Of a stretch of 64,000 nt of DNA, positions 18,448 to 28,836 are shown piece by piece. The position numbers and the translations under genes were made by a program. Positions within the stretch are counted from its first letter, which is position 1. Each line of letters begins with the position of its first letter. Source of the stretch: Halorussus marinus (lineage in GTDB: Archaea > Halobacteriota > Halobacteria > Halobacteriales > Haladaptataceae); the NCBI RefSeq assembly GCF_004765795.1, contig NZ_SBIV01000001.1:434001-498000 (forward strand), in the 5' to 3' direction. The notes under the pieces are model-generated. The model was not told the DNA's origin, searched no databases, and saw nothing but the letters and a program-made list of their open reading frames with translations.

Positions 18448-19722
18448 TCAGTTCTCGACCGCACTGCCGACCCGGATGATCGCCTCCTCGCCGAACGCGG
18501 GGCCGACGAACTGCACCCCGACCGGGCCGGCGTCGGTCTCGCCGGCGGGGACCGAGATCGCGGGCAGGTCCGCCAGATTCACCGGCACGGTGTTGGCGTC
18601 GGCGAGGTACATCTGGAGCGGGTCCTCGAGGCTCTCGCCCTGCTCGAACGGCGGGGTGGGCATCGTCGGGCTCGCGAGCACGTCGACCGACTCGAACGCC
18701 TCGTCGAAGTCCTGCTTGACCCACGCGCGGGCGTCTTGAGCCTGCTTGTAGTACTTGTCGTGGTAGCCCGCCGAGAGCGCGTAGGTCCCGAGGAGGATGC
18801 GCCGCTTGACTTCCTCGCCGAACGCCTCCCGAGAGTCGCTGAACGCCTCGTTCCAGTTGCCCTCGAAACCGCCCGAGTTGCCGTACCGGACGCCGTCGAA
18901 CCGCGCGAGGTTCGAGGACGCCTCCGACATCGCGATGACGTAGTAGGCCTCGACCGCGTGTTCGACCGAGGGCAACGAGACTTCCTCGACGATCGCGCCC
19001 CCATCGCGGAGGTCCTCGAGGGTCTCCTCGAAGCGCTCGCGGACGCCCGCGTCGGCGCCCTCGACGAGTTCGGTCGGGACGCCGATCGTGGTCCCCGCGA
19101 CGTCGCCGTCGGCGGCGCTCGCGTAGTCGGTGTCGGCGCCCTCCTCGCGGGAGGTGGCGTCTCGGTCGTCTGGCCCGCTGATGACGTCTAAGAGTTCGGC
19201 GGTCGCCTCGACGGTCGGCCCGAGCGGCCCGATCTGTTCGAGGCTGTTGGCGTACGCCACGAGGCCGTACCGCGAGACGAGCCCGTAGGTGGGCTTGATG
19301 CCGACCACGCCACAGAACGCCGCGGGATTGCGGACCGACCCGCCGGTGTCGCTTCCGAGCGCGAGGTCGGCCTCGCCCGCGGCGACCGCGGCCGCGCTCC
19401 CGCCCGACGAACCGCCGGGCACGCGGCCCGGTGCGGCGGGGTTCTCGACCGGCCCGAACGCCGAGGTCTCGGTGGTCGACCCCATCCCGAACTCGTCCAT
19501 GTTGGCCTTGCCGACGATCGTCGCGCCGGCCGCCTTCAGCGACTCGACGACGGTCGCGTCGTAGGGCGGGACGTAGTCGTCGAGCATCGCCGACCCGCAG
19601 GTCGTGCGGACCCCCTCGGTGCTGATGTTGTCCTTGACCGCCACCGTCGCGTCCGCGAGCGGGCCGTCGTCGGCGCCCTCGACGATCTCCTCGGTGACGA
19701 AGATGTTGTGGTCGTCGGTCAT
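18448..19722 (-). CDS. gatA: Asp/Glu-tRNA amidotransferase subunit A
   Basis: VAVKDNI, PGGSSGGSAAAV, GSDTGGSVRNPA, SNLARFDGVRYG. Confidence 0.96.
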   Translation of the reverse strand: MTDDHNIFVTEEIVEGADDGPLADATVAVKDNISTEGVRTTCGSAMLDDYVPPYDATVVESLKAAGATIVGKANMDEFGMGSTTETSAFGPVENPAAPGRVPGGSSGGSAAAVAAGEADLALGSDTGGSVRNPAAFCGVVGIKPTYGLVSRYGLVAYANSLEQIGPLGPTVEATAELLDVISGPDDRDATSREEGADTDYASAADGDVAGTTIGVPTELVEGADAGVRERFEETLEDLRDGGAIVEEVSLPSVEHAVEAYYVIAMSEASSNLARFDGVRYGNSGGFEGNWNEAFSDSREAFGEEVKRRILLGTYALSAGYHDKYYKQAQDARAWVKQDFDEAFESVDVLASPTMPTPPFEQGESLEDPLQMYLADANTVPVNLADLPAISVPAGETDAGPVGVQFVGPAFGEEAIIRVGSAVEN

Positions 19723-19724
19723 GA

Positions 19725-20003
19725 TCAGGAGACGTTCGGCCCCTTGAAGTAGCCGTCCTCGGTCTCGGGTGCGTTCGAGAGCGCCTCGTCCTGACTCAGC
19801 GACTCGCGCACCTCGTCGGCGCGCATCACGTTGGCGAGGTCGGCCTCGCGCTCGACCTCGGGGACCTCCTCTAGCGTCTCGAAGTAGCCGAGGATGTCCG
19901 CGAACTGGTCGGTGAACCGCTCGACCTCCTCGTCGTCGAGCCCGACGCGCGCGAGGTCGGCGACGTGGCGGACCTCCTCGGGTCCGGGAGACGTTTCGCT
20001 CAT
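19725..20003 (-). CDS. gatC: Asp/Glu-tRNA amidotransferase subunit C
   Basis: EVRHVADLARV...NVMRADE...LSNAPETEDGYFKGP. Confidence 0.93.
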   Translation of the reverse strand: MSETSPGPEEVRHVADLARVGLDDEEVERFTDQFADILGYFETLEEVPEVEREADLANVMRADEVRESLSQDEALSNAPETEDGYFKGPNVS

Positions 20004-20172
20004 ACCCAAAGGGTCCCGCGGACCGGCGGTAAGGGTTTCGATACGGGACCTCTCGGAAACTGTATTAAAGATACGGGAATTGGAGCTCTCGCGCAAAACA
20101 GCGTAGATGCCTTCCGCGGCCGTATCGACCCTCGAAGTCGCTATCCCGGGCCGAATCTCCACCCCCACCGAG

Positions 20173-20186
20173 CCGAACTATTTAAG
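20173..20186 (+). promoter_or_regulatory. Putative BRE/TATA of tfb (implies a leader of roughly 60 nt)
   Basis: CCGAACTATTTAAG about 85-95 bp upstream of the tfb ATG. Confidence 0.4.
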
Positions 20187-20269
20187 TAGCTTCGGTCGCT
20201 ATTAACGGTGTCTTCTGTACTGCGGTCGACCGCCCCGTCTACCGTTGGCTATCCCGTCCCAACCCGATC

Positions 20270-21238
20270 ATGACTGACACACGAATCCGAAACCCGACCG
20301 ACGAACGAACGGCCGACGAGGCCGAAGAACAGCGCGAGCAACACCAGTGTCCCGAGTGCGGCGGCGACCTCGTCACCGACGGCGAGCGCGGCGAAACCGT
20401 CTGTGCGGACTGCGGCCTCGTCGTCGACGAGGACCAGATCGACCCCGGTCCCGAGTGGCGGGCGTTCGACGCGGCCGAGAAAGACGAGAAGAGTCGGGTC
20501 GGCGCCCCGACCACCAACACGATGCACGACAAGGGGCTGTCGACCAACATCGGCTGGCAGGACAAAGACGCCTACGGCAACTCGCTCGGTTCGCGCCAGC
20601 GCGAGAAGATGCAACGGCTCCGCAAGTGGAACGAGCGGTTCCGAACTCGCGACTCCAAAGAGCGCAACCTCAAGCAGGCGCTCGGCGAGATCGACCGGAT
20701 GGCTTCGGCGCTCGGGCTCCCGAACAACGTCCGGGAGACCGCTTCGGTCATCTATCGGCGCGCGCTCGACGAGGATCTCCTGCCCGGCCGCTCGATCGAG
20801 GGCGTCGCCACAAGCGCGCTCTACGCCGCCGCCCGGAAGGCCGGGACCCCCCGGAGCCTCGACGAGATCAGCAACGTCTCGCGGGTCGAGAAAGACGAGA
20901 TCGCCCGGACCTATCGGTACGTGGTCCGGGAGCTCGGGCTCGAAATTCAGCCCGCCGACCCCAAAAGCTACGTCCCGCGGTTCGTCTCGGATCTGGGCGT
21001 GAGCGAGGAGGTCGAGCGCAGCGCGCGCGGCCTGCTCGACACCGCGACCGAGAAGGGCATCCACAGCGGCAAGTCGCCGGTCGGGCTCGCCGCGGCCGCC
21101 GTCTACGCCGCCGCCCTGCTCAGCAACGAGAAGGTGACCCAGAGCGAGGTCAGCGAGGTCTCGGACATCAGCGAAGTCACGATCCGCAACCGCTACCACG
21201 AACTGCTCGAAGCGAAAGACGACGCGCTCGCGCCCTGA
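20270..21238 (+). CDS. tfb: Transcription initiation factor IIB
   Basis: Zn ribbon CPEC...CADC, GPEWRAF, two cyclin repeats (GRSIEG, GKSPVG). Confidence 0.97.
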   Translation: MTDTRIRNPTDERTADEAEEQREQHQCPECGGDLVTDGERGETVCADCGLVVDEDQIDPGPEWRAFDAAEKDEKSRVGAPTTNTMHDKGLSTNIGWQDKDAYGNSLGSRQREKMQRLRKWNERFRTRDSKERNLKQALGEIDRMASALGLPNNVRETASVIYRRALDEDLLPGRSIEGVATSALYAAARKAGTPRSLDEISNVSRVEKDEIARTYRYVVRELGLEIQPADPKSYVPRFVSDLGVSEEVERSARGLLDTATEKGIHSGKSPVGLAAAAVYAAALLSNEKVTQSEVSEVSDISEVTIRNRYHELLEAKDDALAP

Positions 21239-21289
21239 TTCTCCGCGGATTTCGTAACGCGCAAGACGGCCGACCGTCTGGAGGCCGGC

Positions 21290-21766
21290 ATGGAGACCAC
21301 TCGCCACTTCACCGCTACGGCCTACGTCGTCCACGACGGCGCGCTCGCCTTACACCACCACGATCGGCTCGACATGTGGCTGGCGCCCGGCGGCCACGTC
21401 GAGCGCGACGAGCGCCCCCGCGAGACCGCCCGCCGCGAAGTCCGCGAGGAGGTCGGCCTCGACGTCGACCTGCTCGAACCCGAGACCGCCCTCGACGTGG
21501 AGGCCGGACGGGAACTTCCGCCCGCCGAGCACGTCATGCTGTTCGACATCAACGTCCACCCCGACGGCGAGGTCGGCCACCAGCACGTCGACTTCGTCTA
21601 CTTCGGTGTGGCCGCCGACCGCGAGATCGCGCCCGCCGACGGCGAGGCCGGCGCCGACGAGTGGGAGTGGTTCACCGCCGCGGACCTCCGGGACGACGAC
21701 GCGCTCACCAGCGAGGTCGTCCAGATCGGGACGCAAGCCATCGAACGCGTCGAGGCCGAGGCCTGA
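21290..21766 (+). CDS. NUDIX hydrolase
   Basis: PGGHVERDERPRETARREVREEVGL Nudix box. Confidence 0.92.
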   Translation: METTRHFTATAYVVHDGALALHHHDRLDMWLAPGGHVERDERPRETARREVREEVGLDVDLLEPETALDVEAGRELPPAEHVMLFDINVHPDGEVGHQHVDFVYFGVAADREIAPADGEAGADEWEWFTAADLRDDDALTSEVVQIGTQAIERVEAEA

Positions 21767-21857
21767 GCGACGCCCCGTCGTTCGGCTCTTTCAATTATCT
21801 CTCTGATCTTATCAATTAGCAAGCTTAATTACCCCGCTTTCTGAAAAGCTCGCTTAC

Positions 21858-22382
21858 ATGAGCGTCGGGGAGGTCGGCGGCGGGCGACGCGACGACGCGG
21901 CCGAGAAGCCGAGCGAGCGCTTCGACGACGAGCTCCAGTCCGAGGAGTCGGTCCGGTTCTCGTGGACCGCGACCGGCGTCCGGTGGGCGAACGAGTCGAT
22001 CCACGACGTCTCGACGCCGACGACGTTCGCGGCGACCGACCGTCGAATCCTCTTCGAGACCGACGAGTCGGTCGCCTCGATCGGGTACGACCGGATGCGG
22101 GCGGTCAAGACGAGCCCCGCCGCCGCCGGGTTCGACGTCTCGACGGCGTTTCTCGCGAGCGGCGGGCTCTGTCTGGTGGTCGGGGTAGTGGTCGCGCTAC
22201 AGGACTTCACCAACGGCGCGGGCCTCGTCGTCCTCTCGATCGCGCTCCTCGCGGTCGGGGCCGCGATCGACGACACCGATCGGGCCGCGACCGTCACCAT
22301 CGTCATCGGCAACGAGCGCCAGCGCCTGTCGTTTGCGGCCGACGAGGACGTCGGCCCGAAGCTGTCGGGGCTGGTCGACTGA
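21858..22382 (+). CDS. Hypothetical membrane protein (PH-like region plus 2 TM)
   Basis: FAATDRRILF motif, two hydrophobic helices, AT-rich region upstream. Confidence 0.6.
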   Translation: MSVGEVGGGRRDDAAEKPSERFDDELQSEESVRFSWTATGVRWANESIHDVSTPTTFAATDRRILFETDESVASIGYDRMRAVKTSPAAAGFDVSTAFLASGGLCLVVGVVVALQDFTNGAGLVVLSIALLAVGAAIDDTDRAATVTIVIGNERQRLSFAADEDVGPKLSGLVD

Positions 22383-22388
22383 GCGTCG

Positions 22389-23501
22389 CTACTCGCCGAT
22401 GCGGGACTCGACGTACGTCGAGACGTGGTCGTCGATCCGGCGTTTGAACCCCGCCTGCCGGGCGAGCCGGTCGAGTTCGCGGGCCACGAGGCTCCCGTAC
22501 TGGACGGCCTTCTTCTCGCGGAACGCCACCGCGTCGGGGACGAACTCGCGGGCCGCGAGCCGGAGCGCCTTCTTGCGTTCGCCCCGCGAGTCGACCAGCA
22601 GGTCCCCGGGGAGCGCCAGCGCCGCCCGGACCACCCGGTCGTCGAGTAGCGGCGCGACCGGCTCGACCCCCGCGGCCCGGAGCGCGAGCACGTCCCGTTC
22701 TAACTGCTCGGAGAGCGTCCGGGTCACCTCCCGGGCGGCCCCGCGGACGGTGTCGGCCTCGACGCGGGGGTCCTCGGGCGCGCGGGCGACCTTGGCGTAG
22801 CCGCCGAACAGTTCGTCGGCGCCCTGTCCGACCGCGAGCCGGTCGAAGCCGTCCCGGGCGGCCCGCTCGGCCGCCAGAAACAGCGGGAGCGCGATCTGGA
22901 CGTCCATCGCGTTCGTCCGGCCGGTCGCCCGCGCGACCGCCGGAACCGCCCGTTCGACGTCGGCCGGTGAGAGCTCGACGACCCGGAGGTCGGGCACACG
23001 GCCCATCAGCCCCGCCGCGGTCCGGGCCGCCGCCACGTCGTGGCTGTCGGGGAAGCCGACGACGTACAGCGGTGCGTCGACCGCGCTCGCGACGACCGCC
23101 GAGTCGACGCCGCCCGAGAACGCGACCGCCAGCCCGTCGTCCTCGACGGCGCCGAGGCTCGCGTCGAGCGCGTCCCCGACGGCGCTCGCGGCCGCCCGTC
23201 GGTCGGCGACCGGATCGGGATCGGGGAGCGAAAAGGCGCGTTCGAGGCTCCCGTCGGCCGAGCGCACTGCGCCGGCCGGCACGGGGTCCGGGTCGGCGAG
23301 CCCGTCCGGGCCGAACCCCCACTCGCCGTCGCTCCCGACGAAGATCGGCCGTCGACCCAGCACGTCCCGGACGAGTCGCCCGTCGGGGAGTTCGCCCGCG
23401 TACCCCCGGATCGCCGACCCGGTCCGGTCGCGGGCGCCGACGAGCGGCTCCGCCCGGTCGAGAGCTCGCTCGACCGCCGCCGCCGGCGCCCCGCGGATCA
23501 T
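22389..23501 (-). CDS. Asparagine synthase C-terminal domain protein
   Basis: AFSGGVDS PP-loop, GQGADELFGGY, REKKAVQYGS; ATG 23501 overlaps the PHP gene stop. Confidence 0.88.
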   Translation of the reverse strand: MIRGAPAAAVERALDRAEPLVGARDRTGSAIRGYAGELPDGRLVRDVLGRRPIFVGSDGEWGFGPDGLADPDPVPAGAVRSADGSLERAFSLPDPDPVADRRAAASAVGDALDASLGAVEDDGLAVAFSGGVDSAVVASAVDAPLYVVGFPDSHDVAAARTAAGLMGRVPDLRVVELSPADVERAVPAVARATGRTNAMDVQIALPLFLAAERAARDGFDRLAVGQGADELFGGYAKVARAPEDPRVEADTVRGAAREVTRTLSEQLERDVLALRAAGVEPVAPLLDDRVVRAALALPGDLLVDSRGERKKALRLAAREFVPDAVAFREKKAVQYGSLVARELDRLARQAGFKRRIDDHVSTYVESRIGE

Positions 23502-24217
23502 TCGAGGAGGTCGGCGACCCGGCTCTTCACCCGGCGCTTGGCCCCGCCGGCGGCCTGCCGGAAGCTGATCCGCCACGGGGTTCGCTTGCCCTCGACGGTC
23601 GTCCGGCCCGCCCGGATCGCGTCGAGGATCGCGTCGACGGAGGCGGGGCCGTCGGACCCGGGACCGTTCGGAGCGTCCGCTCCGGTGTCGATGCGGGTGA
23701 CCGCCTGTCCGACCATCTCGCTGATGTGGGCGTCGCTACCCGCGGTCTTGGGGAGCCCGCGGCGGTCGGCGAACTTCTCGGCCTTCCGGTTGCCCCGGCC
23801 GGTGAGCAGTCGGGAGTTGTACACCTCGATGGCGTCGGCGGCCGCCAGCTCGGACCGGGAGATGTTGGCCATCACGCCGCTCCGGGACTTCTGAAACGGG
23901 TGGGGGACGACCGCGACCCCGCCCTGCTCGCGGATCCGGGCGAGCGTCTCGCCGAACGACAGCCCCGCCGGGATCGCCTCGGTCACGCCGAGCCCGAGGA
24001 CGTGGCCCGCGGCGGAGCTCACCTCCATGCCGGGGATGCCCACCAGTCCGTACTCGGGGGCCCGGTCGACGGCCGCGAGGCTCGCGTCGATCTCGTCGTG
24101 ATCGGTGATCGCCAGCGCGTCGAGACCGACAGCGGACGCCTGCTCGAGCAGGAGGTCGACGTCGTCACGGCCGTCGTACGACAGCGACGAGTGGGCGTGA
24201 AGCTCGACCGATAGCAC
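23498..24217 (-). CDS. PHP domain phosphoesterase
   Basis: ELHAHS, AITDHD, HPF, GSDAH; GTG start at 24217. Confidence 0.9.
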   Translation of the reverse strand: MLSVELHAHSSLSYDGRDDVDLLLEQASAVGLDALAITDHDEIDASLAAVDRAPEYGLVGIPGMEVSSAAGHVLGLGVTEAIPAGLSFGETLARIREQGGVAVVPHPFQKSRSGVMANISRSELAAADAIEVYNSRLLTGRGNRKAEKFADRRGLPKTAGSDAHISEMVGQAVTRIDTGADAPNGPGSDGPASVDAILDAIRAGRTTVEGKRTPWRISFRQAAGGAKRRVKSRVADLLE

Positions 24218-24333
24218 GGCTTGAGCTTCGGAGGGCGGTGGCAAAAGCGACTCGGTCTCGGGACCGCGCGAGCCCGACGGTCTGGTCGGGCGGCTTCGTA
24301 ACTACTATCCAGCTATTGAAAGACCCGTTAGGT

Positions 24334-25779
24334 ATGACCGCCCTACCCGCCCCGCGCTGGCTCGCCCGCGGTCTGCTCGGCGCGCTCGTCGCCGTGCTGG
24401 TGCTGGCGAGCGGGGCGATGACGCTCTCGTACGACACACCCCGGCTCGGAGCCGGCGCGGTCGAGTCGCCGGCCGACGGGACGACGGTCGTCACCAGTCA
24501 GGGGTGGCACGCGAACGGCTACTCGCTGCCCGGCCGGCCCGCCCGACTCGCTGGCGTCGGTCCCAACGCGACCACCGAGTGGACCCACGACGGTCCGGCG
24601 GACACCGAGCAGTGGTTCTACGACGTCGACCCCCTGCCGAACGGGACCCTCCTCGTCGTCAATCCGGTGCCCGAGACGACCGTCGTCTACGAGTACGACC
24701 CCGAGACGGGCGAGCGTCTCTGGACCGAGCGGTTCGACCTCCCGGACGTTCACGACGTCGACCTGATCAACGGCGACGAACTCCTCGTCGCGGGGATCAA
24801 CTACGACGAGGACCGGGTCAGCCGCGACAGCGTCTTCGTCTACAACCGCACCCGCGAGGCGGTCACCTGGGAGTGGCACTTCGAGGACCACTACCCCGAG
24901 GACGCCGGGCCGGGCGTCCGGGCCAAAGACTGGACCCACGTCAACGACGTCGACAAGATCGGCGACGGCGAGTATCTGGTCTCCCCGCGCAACCTCGATC
25001 AGGTGATCGTGGTGAACCGCTCGACAGACGAGATCGAGATGGCACTCGGGAGCGACGGCGACCACGAGACGATGTACGAGCAACACAACCCGACGTACCT
25101 CGAAAGCGAGGACGGGACGCCCACGATTCTGGTCGCCGACAGCGAGAACGACCGCGTCGTGGAGTACGAGCGCACCGGCGACGGGGGCGAGCGAACGAAC
25201 GGTTCGGGAGCCTCGGCCGACGGCGAGTGGGAGCGCGTCTGGTCGGTCTCGGGCGGCCTGAACTGGCCCCGGGACGCCGATCGGCTCCCGAACGGCAACA
25301 CGCTGATCGTCGACTCGATGAACCACCGCGTCGTGGAGGTGACCCCGGACGGGGAGGTCGTCTGGGAGACGTTCGTCCCGTGGGCGACCTACGACGCCGA
25401 ACGGGCGGTCCACGGCGACGAACCCGGCGGGCCGACGATGGCCGACCTCGGGGCGGGCGGTGACCGCGAACTCCACGGCGCGACCGGATCGGGGGTCCCG
25501 GGCGTGCGGTCGGTTCCGGCGGTCGCGGCCGACCTGACCCGCGGGACGCCCGCGGCGGCGCCGGTGGTCCGGGCGGCCGAGCGGTGGCACCACGTCGCGC
25601 CGTGGTTCACGCCGCGATGGCTCCCGACCTGGAGCGCCACGCTGTTGGGGGCGGCGCTCGCGGTCCTGCTCGGGTGGGGCGTCGGCGAGGCGGTCTACCA
25701 GCGCGAGCGCATCCTGCGGCGAGTCGGCGACGTCGGCGAGGCGGTCCGCGATCGGGCGTTCGGATCGAAGGGGAACTGA
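24334..25779 (+). CDS. Arylsulfotransferase (ASST)-like beta-propeller membrane protein
   Basis: VHDVD, DWTHVNDVD, SPRN, EQHNP, WPRDADRLPNGNTLI; N- and C-terminal TM segments. Confidence 0.82.
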   Translation: MTALPAPRWLARGLLGALVAVLVLASGAMTLSYDTPRLGAGAVESPADGTTVVTSQGWHANGYSLPGRPARLAGVGPNATTEWTHDGPADTEQWFYDVDPLPNGTLLVVNPVPETTVVYEYDPETGERLWTERFDLPDVHDVDLINGDELLVAGINYDEDRVSRDSVFVYNRTREAVTWEWHFEDHYPEDAGPGVRAKDWTHVNDVDKIGDGEYLVSPRNLDQVIVVNRSTDEIEMALGSDGDHETMYEQHNPTYLESEDGTPTILVADSENDRVVEYERTGDGGERTNGSGASADGEWERVWSVSGGLNWPRDADRLPNGNTLIVDSMNHRVVEVTPDGEVVWETFVPWATYDAERAVHGDEPGGPTMADLGAGGDRELHGATGSGVPGVRSVPAVAADLTRGTPAAAPVVRAAERWHHVAPWFTPRWLPTWSATLLGAALAVLLGWGVGEAVYQRERILRRVGDVGEAVRDRAFGSKGN

Positions 25780-25838
25780 TCGGCACAGACTGCCAAGACC
25801 GACGGCGCTTTCGGCTCTCTCGTCTGAAACTCCGAGCG

Positions 25839-26477
25839 TCAGCGTTCTACGGTCAGGCCTCTCGCGAGGGTGGCGATCATCTCCTCTTGGAGGTGATCGT
25901 AGATCCCGTTCTGAATCTCGGCGACGTTCGCGCTGATCTCGTCGTACTCGTCTTTGTGAAGGATCAACAACCCGAGCGCCGACCCCATGAGACCGAGGAC
26001 GGTGATCGGCTCCATCTCCGCGATCGGACCGTCGCTACGGGCCTGAATCTCCGCGACAGGGGGGATCAGCACGTTCATCTCCTTTTTTTCTATCTCGGCG
26101 AGCTGATCCGACGAGATGTCCCCGAGGACCTCCCGGTAGTCCTGTTTGATGAAGACTTCCTGAATGAACTCGTTTCCCTCGCCGAACTCCACGTAACAGC
26201 GGAAGAACCGTTCGAGGCGGTCCTGAGGATCGTCGATGGCCGCCAGTTCCGACTCCAGGGTCGTCGCGAACTCGTCTAGCTCCTGTTCGAAGATATCGAC
26301 GTACAGATCGGACTTGGCGTCGAAAAACTGGTAGAAGGTGGGTTTGGCGATCCCGACGGGGTCGGTGATGTCTTTGACGGTCGTTTTCGCGGGCCCGAAC
26401 TTCACCAACAGCTCGCGTGCGGTTTCGAGCAGTTCCTCCCGGATCCGCTCCCGTTCGTCGTCGCTGAACGATCGCAT
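25839..26477 (-). CDS. TetR/AcrR family transcriptional regulator
   Basis: TTVKDITDPVGIAKPTFYQFFDAKSDLY HTH; divergent from the ABC exporter. Confidence 0.9.
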   Translation of the reverse strand: MRSFSDDERERIREELLETARELLVKFGPAKTTVKDITDPVGIAKPTFYQFFDAKSDLYVDIFEQELDEFATTLESELAAIDDPQDRLERFFRCYVEFGEGNEFIQEVFIKQDYREVLGDISSDQLAEIEKKEMNVLIPPVAEIQARSDGPIAEMEPITVLGLMGSALGLLILHKDEYDEISANVAEIQNGIYDHLQEEMIATLARGLTVER

Positions 26478-26502
26478 GTCTCTGTCCACGGATCGAAAAC
26501 TC

Positions 26503-26557
26503 ATAACTAAATTGGTTTTCGGTTATTACCCCGTAACCAAAATAAATATTTAGTCAT
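26503..26557. promoter_or_regulatory. AT-rich divergent promoter with nested inverted repeats (candidate TetR operator)
   Basis: TTGGTT (26512-17) / AACCAA (26535-40), and ATAACTAAA (26503-11) / TTTAGTCAT (26549-57). Confidence 0.5.
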
Positions 26558-26574
26558 AGCGGGCACATTGGGGT

Positions 26575-27492
26575 ATGGCGACGATAGAGGTAAAAGATTT
26601 TACAAAAGAGTTCGGGAGCGTGCGTGCAGTCGACTCCATCTCGTTTACCGTCGAATCCGGGGAAGTGTTCGGATTCCTCGGTCCGAACGGGGCCGGCAAG
26701 ACGACGACGATCCGGTCGCTACTGGGCTTGCTCGAACCGACCGCCGGGACCGCGACCGTCCTCGGCGCAGACGTCCACGACGAGGACGCCCTCATCGAGG
26801 CGAAACGACGCATCGGCTACCTGCCCGCACACCTCGGGTTCGACGAGGAAGCGACGGGCGCCGAGGTGCTCGACTACCACGAGTCGGTCAAAGGCGGCTC
26901 GCGCCGGGACGAACTCCTCGAGATTTTCACCCCGCCGGTCGAGCGACCGATTCGGGAGTACTCGACCGGGAACAAGCGCATGCTCGGGATCGTTCAGGCG
27001 TTCATGCACGATCCGGACCTCGTGATCATGGACGAGCCGACCTCCGGTCTCGACCCGCTCAAACAGGAGGAGTTCAACGAGTTCGCCAGAAACGAGTGCG
27101 AGCGAGGCAAGACGCTGTTCTTTTCTTCCCACGTCCTGAGCGAGGTCCGACGCGTGTGCGACCGCGTCGGGATCCTCCGGGAGGGCGAACTCGTCGGTCT
27201 CGAAGACGTCGAGACGCTACTTCGACAGGGCGGCAAGCGGGTCCGACTCCAGACGACCGACGACGCCAGAACGGATCTCGAAGCGATCGAGGGGGCCCTC
27301 GACGTCCAGACGTTCGCCGAGGGGGTCCAGTTCATCTACACCGGGGAGTACAACGCGTTGCTCCGCGAACTGGCGACTCACGACGTTCGCGAAATCGAGA
27401 TCAGCGAACCGCCGCTCGAAGACATCTTCATGCACTACTACGGCGCGACCGATGCGGTCGAGTCCGACCGGGAGGTGCGAACCGATGTTTGA
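26575..27492 (+). CDS. ABC-2 type exporter ATP-binding protein
   Basis: GPNGAGKTT, YSTGN, IMDEPTSGLD, SSH. Confidence 0.93.
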   Translation: MATIEVKDFTKEFGSVRAVDSISFTVESGEVFGFLGPNGAGKTTTIRSLLGLLEPTAGTATVLGADVHDEDALIEAKRRIGYLPAHLGFDEEATGAEVLDYHESVKGGSRRDELLEIFTPPVERPIREYSTGNKRMLGIVQAFMHDPDLVIMDEPTSGLDPLKQEEFNEFARNECERGKTLFFSSHVLSEVRRVCDRVGILREGELVGLEDVETLLRQGGKRVRLQTTDDARTDLEAIEGALDVQTFAEGVQFIYTGEYNALLRELATHDVREIEISEPPLEDIFMHYYGATDAVESDREVRTDV

Positions 27493-28270
27493 GACCACCA
27501 AGTACGAGATGGGTCGTCGGATTCGCGGAACCGCGGTCCTGACCGTCGGCGTCAGCGCCTACGTGGCCTTCATCGTCTGGTACTTCTCGCTGTTGGACCC
27601 CTCGGCGTACGCACAGATCGCCGAGTCGCTGCCGCCGGCGATGCTGGACGCGTTCGGCATGCAGTCGATCGGCTCGATCGAGGGATGGCTCGGCGGACAG
27701 ATCTACACGTTCCTGTGGCTGTTGGGGCTCGGCGTATACTTCGCGTACGCGTCGGCGGGCGTGATCGCGAACGATATCGAGAGCGATCGGATGGACCTGT
27801 TGCTCTCGTTTCCGGTCTCCCGGCGGCGGTTGCTCACCGAGAAGTTCGCGTCGGTGCTTCTCCCGCTCGTCTCGCTGAACGTGGTCGTGGGGGCCGTGAC
27901 CTACGGTCTCGTGGTGGCGATCGGCGAGACGATCGATCCGATGCATCTCGCGGCGGCCCACCTCCTCTCGATCCCGTATCTGCTCGTGTGTGCGGCGATC
28001 GGGCTTGTTCTGTCCGTGGTGGTCGATCGGGCGGCGATCGCAGAACGGGCCGCCATCGGACTGGTGTTCGTGCTCTGGCTCGTCGAGTCGGCCGTCGGCG
28101 CGGCCGAAGACTTCGCGTGGATACAGAACCTCAGCCCGACTCACTACTACGCCCCCACGCCGATTCTCGTCGACGGGTCGTACGAACTGATCGACGCCGC
28201 CATTCTGCTCGCCGCGTTCCTGGGGCTACTCGTCGTGAGCCAACTCCTGTTCCAGCGCCGGGACATATAG
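27485..28270 (+). CDS. ABC-2 type exporter permease
   Basis: About 6 TM; DLLLSFPVSRRRLLTEK. Confidence 0.88.
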   Translation: MFETTKYEMGRRIRGTAVLTVGVSAYVAFIVWYFSLLDPSAYAQIAESLPPAMLDAFGMQSIGSIEGWLGGQIYTFLWLLGLGVYFAYASAGVIANDIESDRMDLLLSFPVSRRRLLTEKFASVLLPLVSLNVVVGAVTYGLVVAIGETIDPMHLAAAHLLSIPYLLVCAAIGLVLSVVVDRAAIAERAAIGLVFVLWLVESAVGAAEDFAWIQNLSPTHYYAPTPILVDGSYELIDAAILLAAFLGLLVVSQLLFQRRDI

Positions 28271-28402
28271 GACCCCCGACACCGGCGTCGCGGTGCCAGT
28301 TTAGTTTAGGAAATATTCAAGTGCGACTTTGCGCGACATCTCTCAAAGCACTCCTGTTGCAACTTCTGATGTTTGTAGCGGCCCGAACTCTGTCATCGGA
28401 AC

Positions 28403-28424
28403 TATTAATTGAAGAAACATTCAA
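28403..28424 (+). promoter_or_regulatory. TATA box plus ArsR-type operator
   Basis: TATTAA (28403-08) directly followed by TTGAA-N6-TTCAA (28409-24), 10 bp before the arsR ATG. Confidence 0.65.
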
Positions 28425-28434
28425 CCTAAGCGCG

Positions 28435-28836
28435 ATGGCACAATCGACCGAGCGCCTTCGGCGGTACCTCGAAGACGAACTCGGAGAGTGTCGTAGCGAG
28501 GACGTCGAGCGTCGGCTCGACGAACTCGGCACTCTCGAAGCGGCACTCGGAACAGCGCAGGTGGGAGCCGAACTCGACGTGCTGTCGGCGCTCTCGAACG
28601 AGACGCGCTACACGCTCGTCCGGGTCCTCGTCGGGGCCCGAGAGGAGCTCTGCGTCTGTGAACTGCACGCGGTCGTCGACGTGACCGAGAGCGGGCTGAG
28701 CCACGCCCTCTCGGCGCTGGTCGACGCCGGGCTCGTCGAGGGCCGAAAAGACGGCCGGTGGAAGAAGTACCGCGCGACCAACCGCGCGGTGGCGCTCGTC
28801 ACGGTTCTGGACGGGAGCGTGAGCCCCGATGAGTGA
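28435..28836 (+). CDS. arsR: ArsR/SmtB family repressor
   Basis: ELCVCEL arsenite-binding motif, SHALSAL, GRW..Y. Confidence 0.9.
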   Translation: MAQSTERLRRYLEDELGECRSEDVERRLDELGTLEAALGTAQVGAELDVLSALSNETRYTLVRVLVGAREELCVCELHAVVDVTESGLSHALSALVDAGLVEGRKDGRWKKYRATNRAVALVTVLDGSVSPDE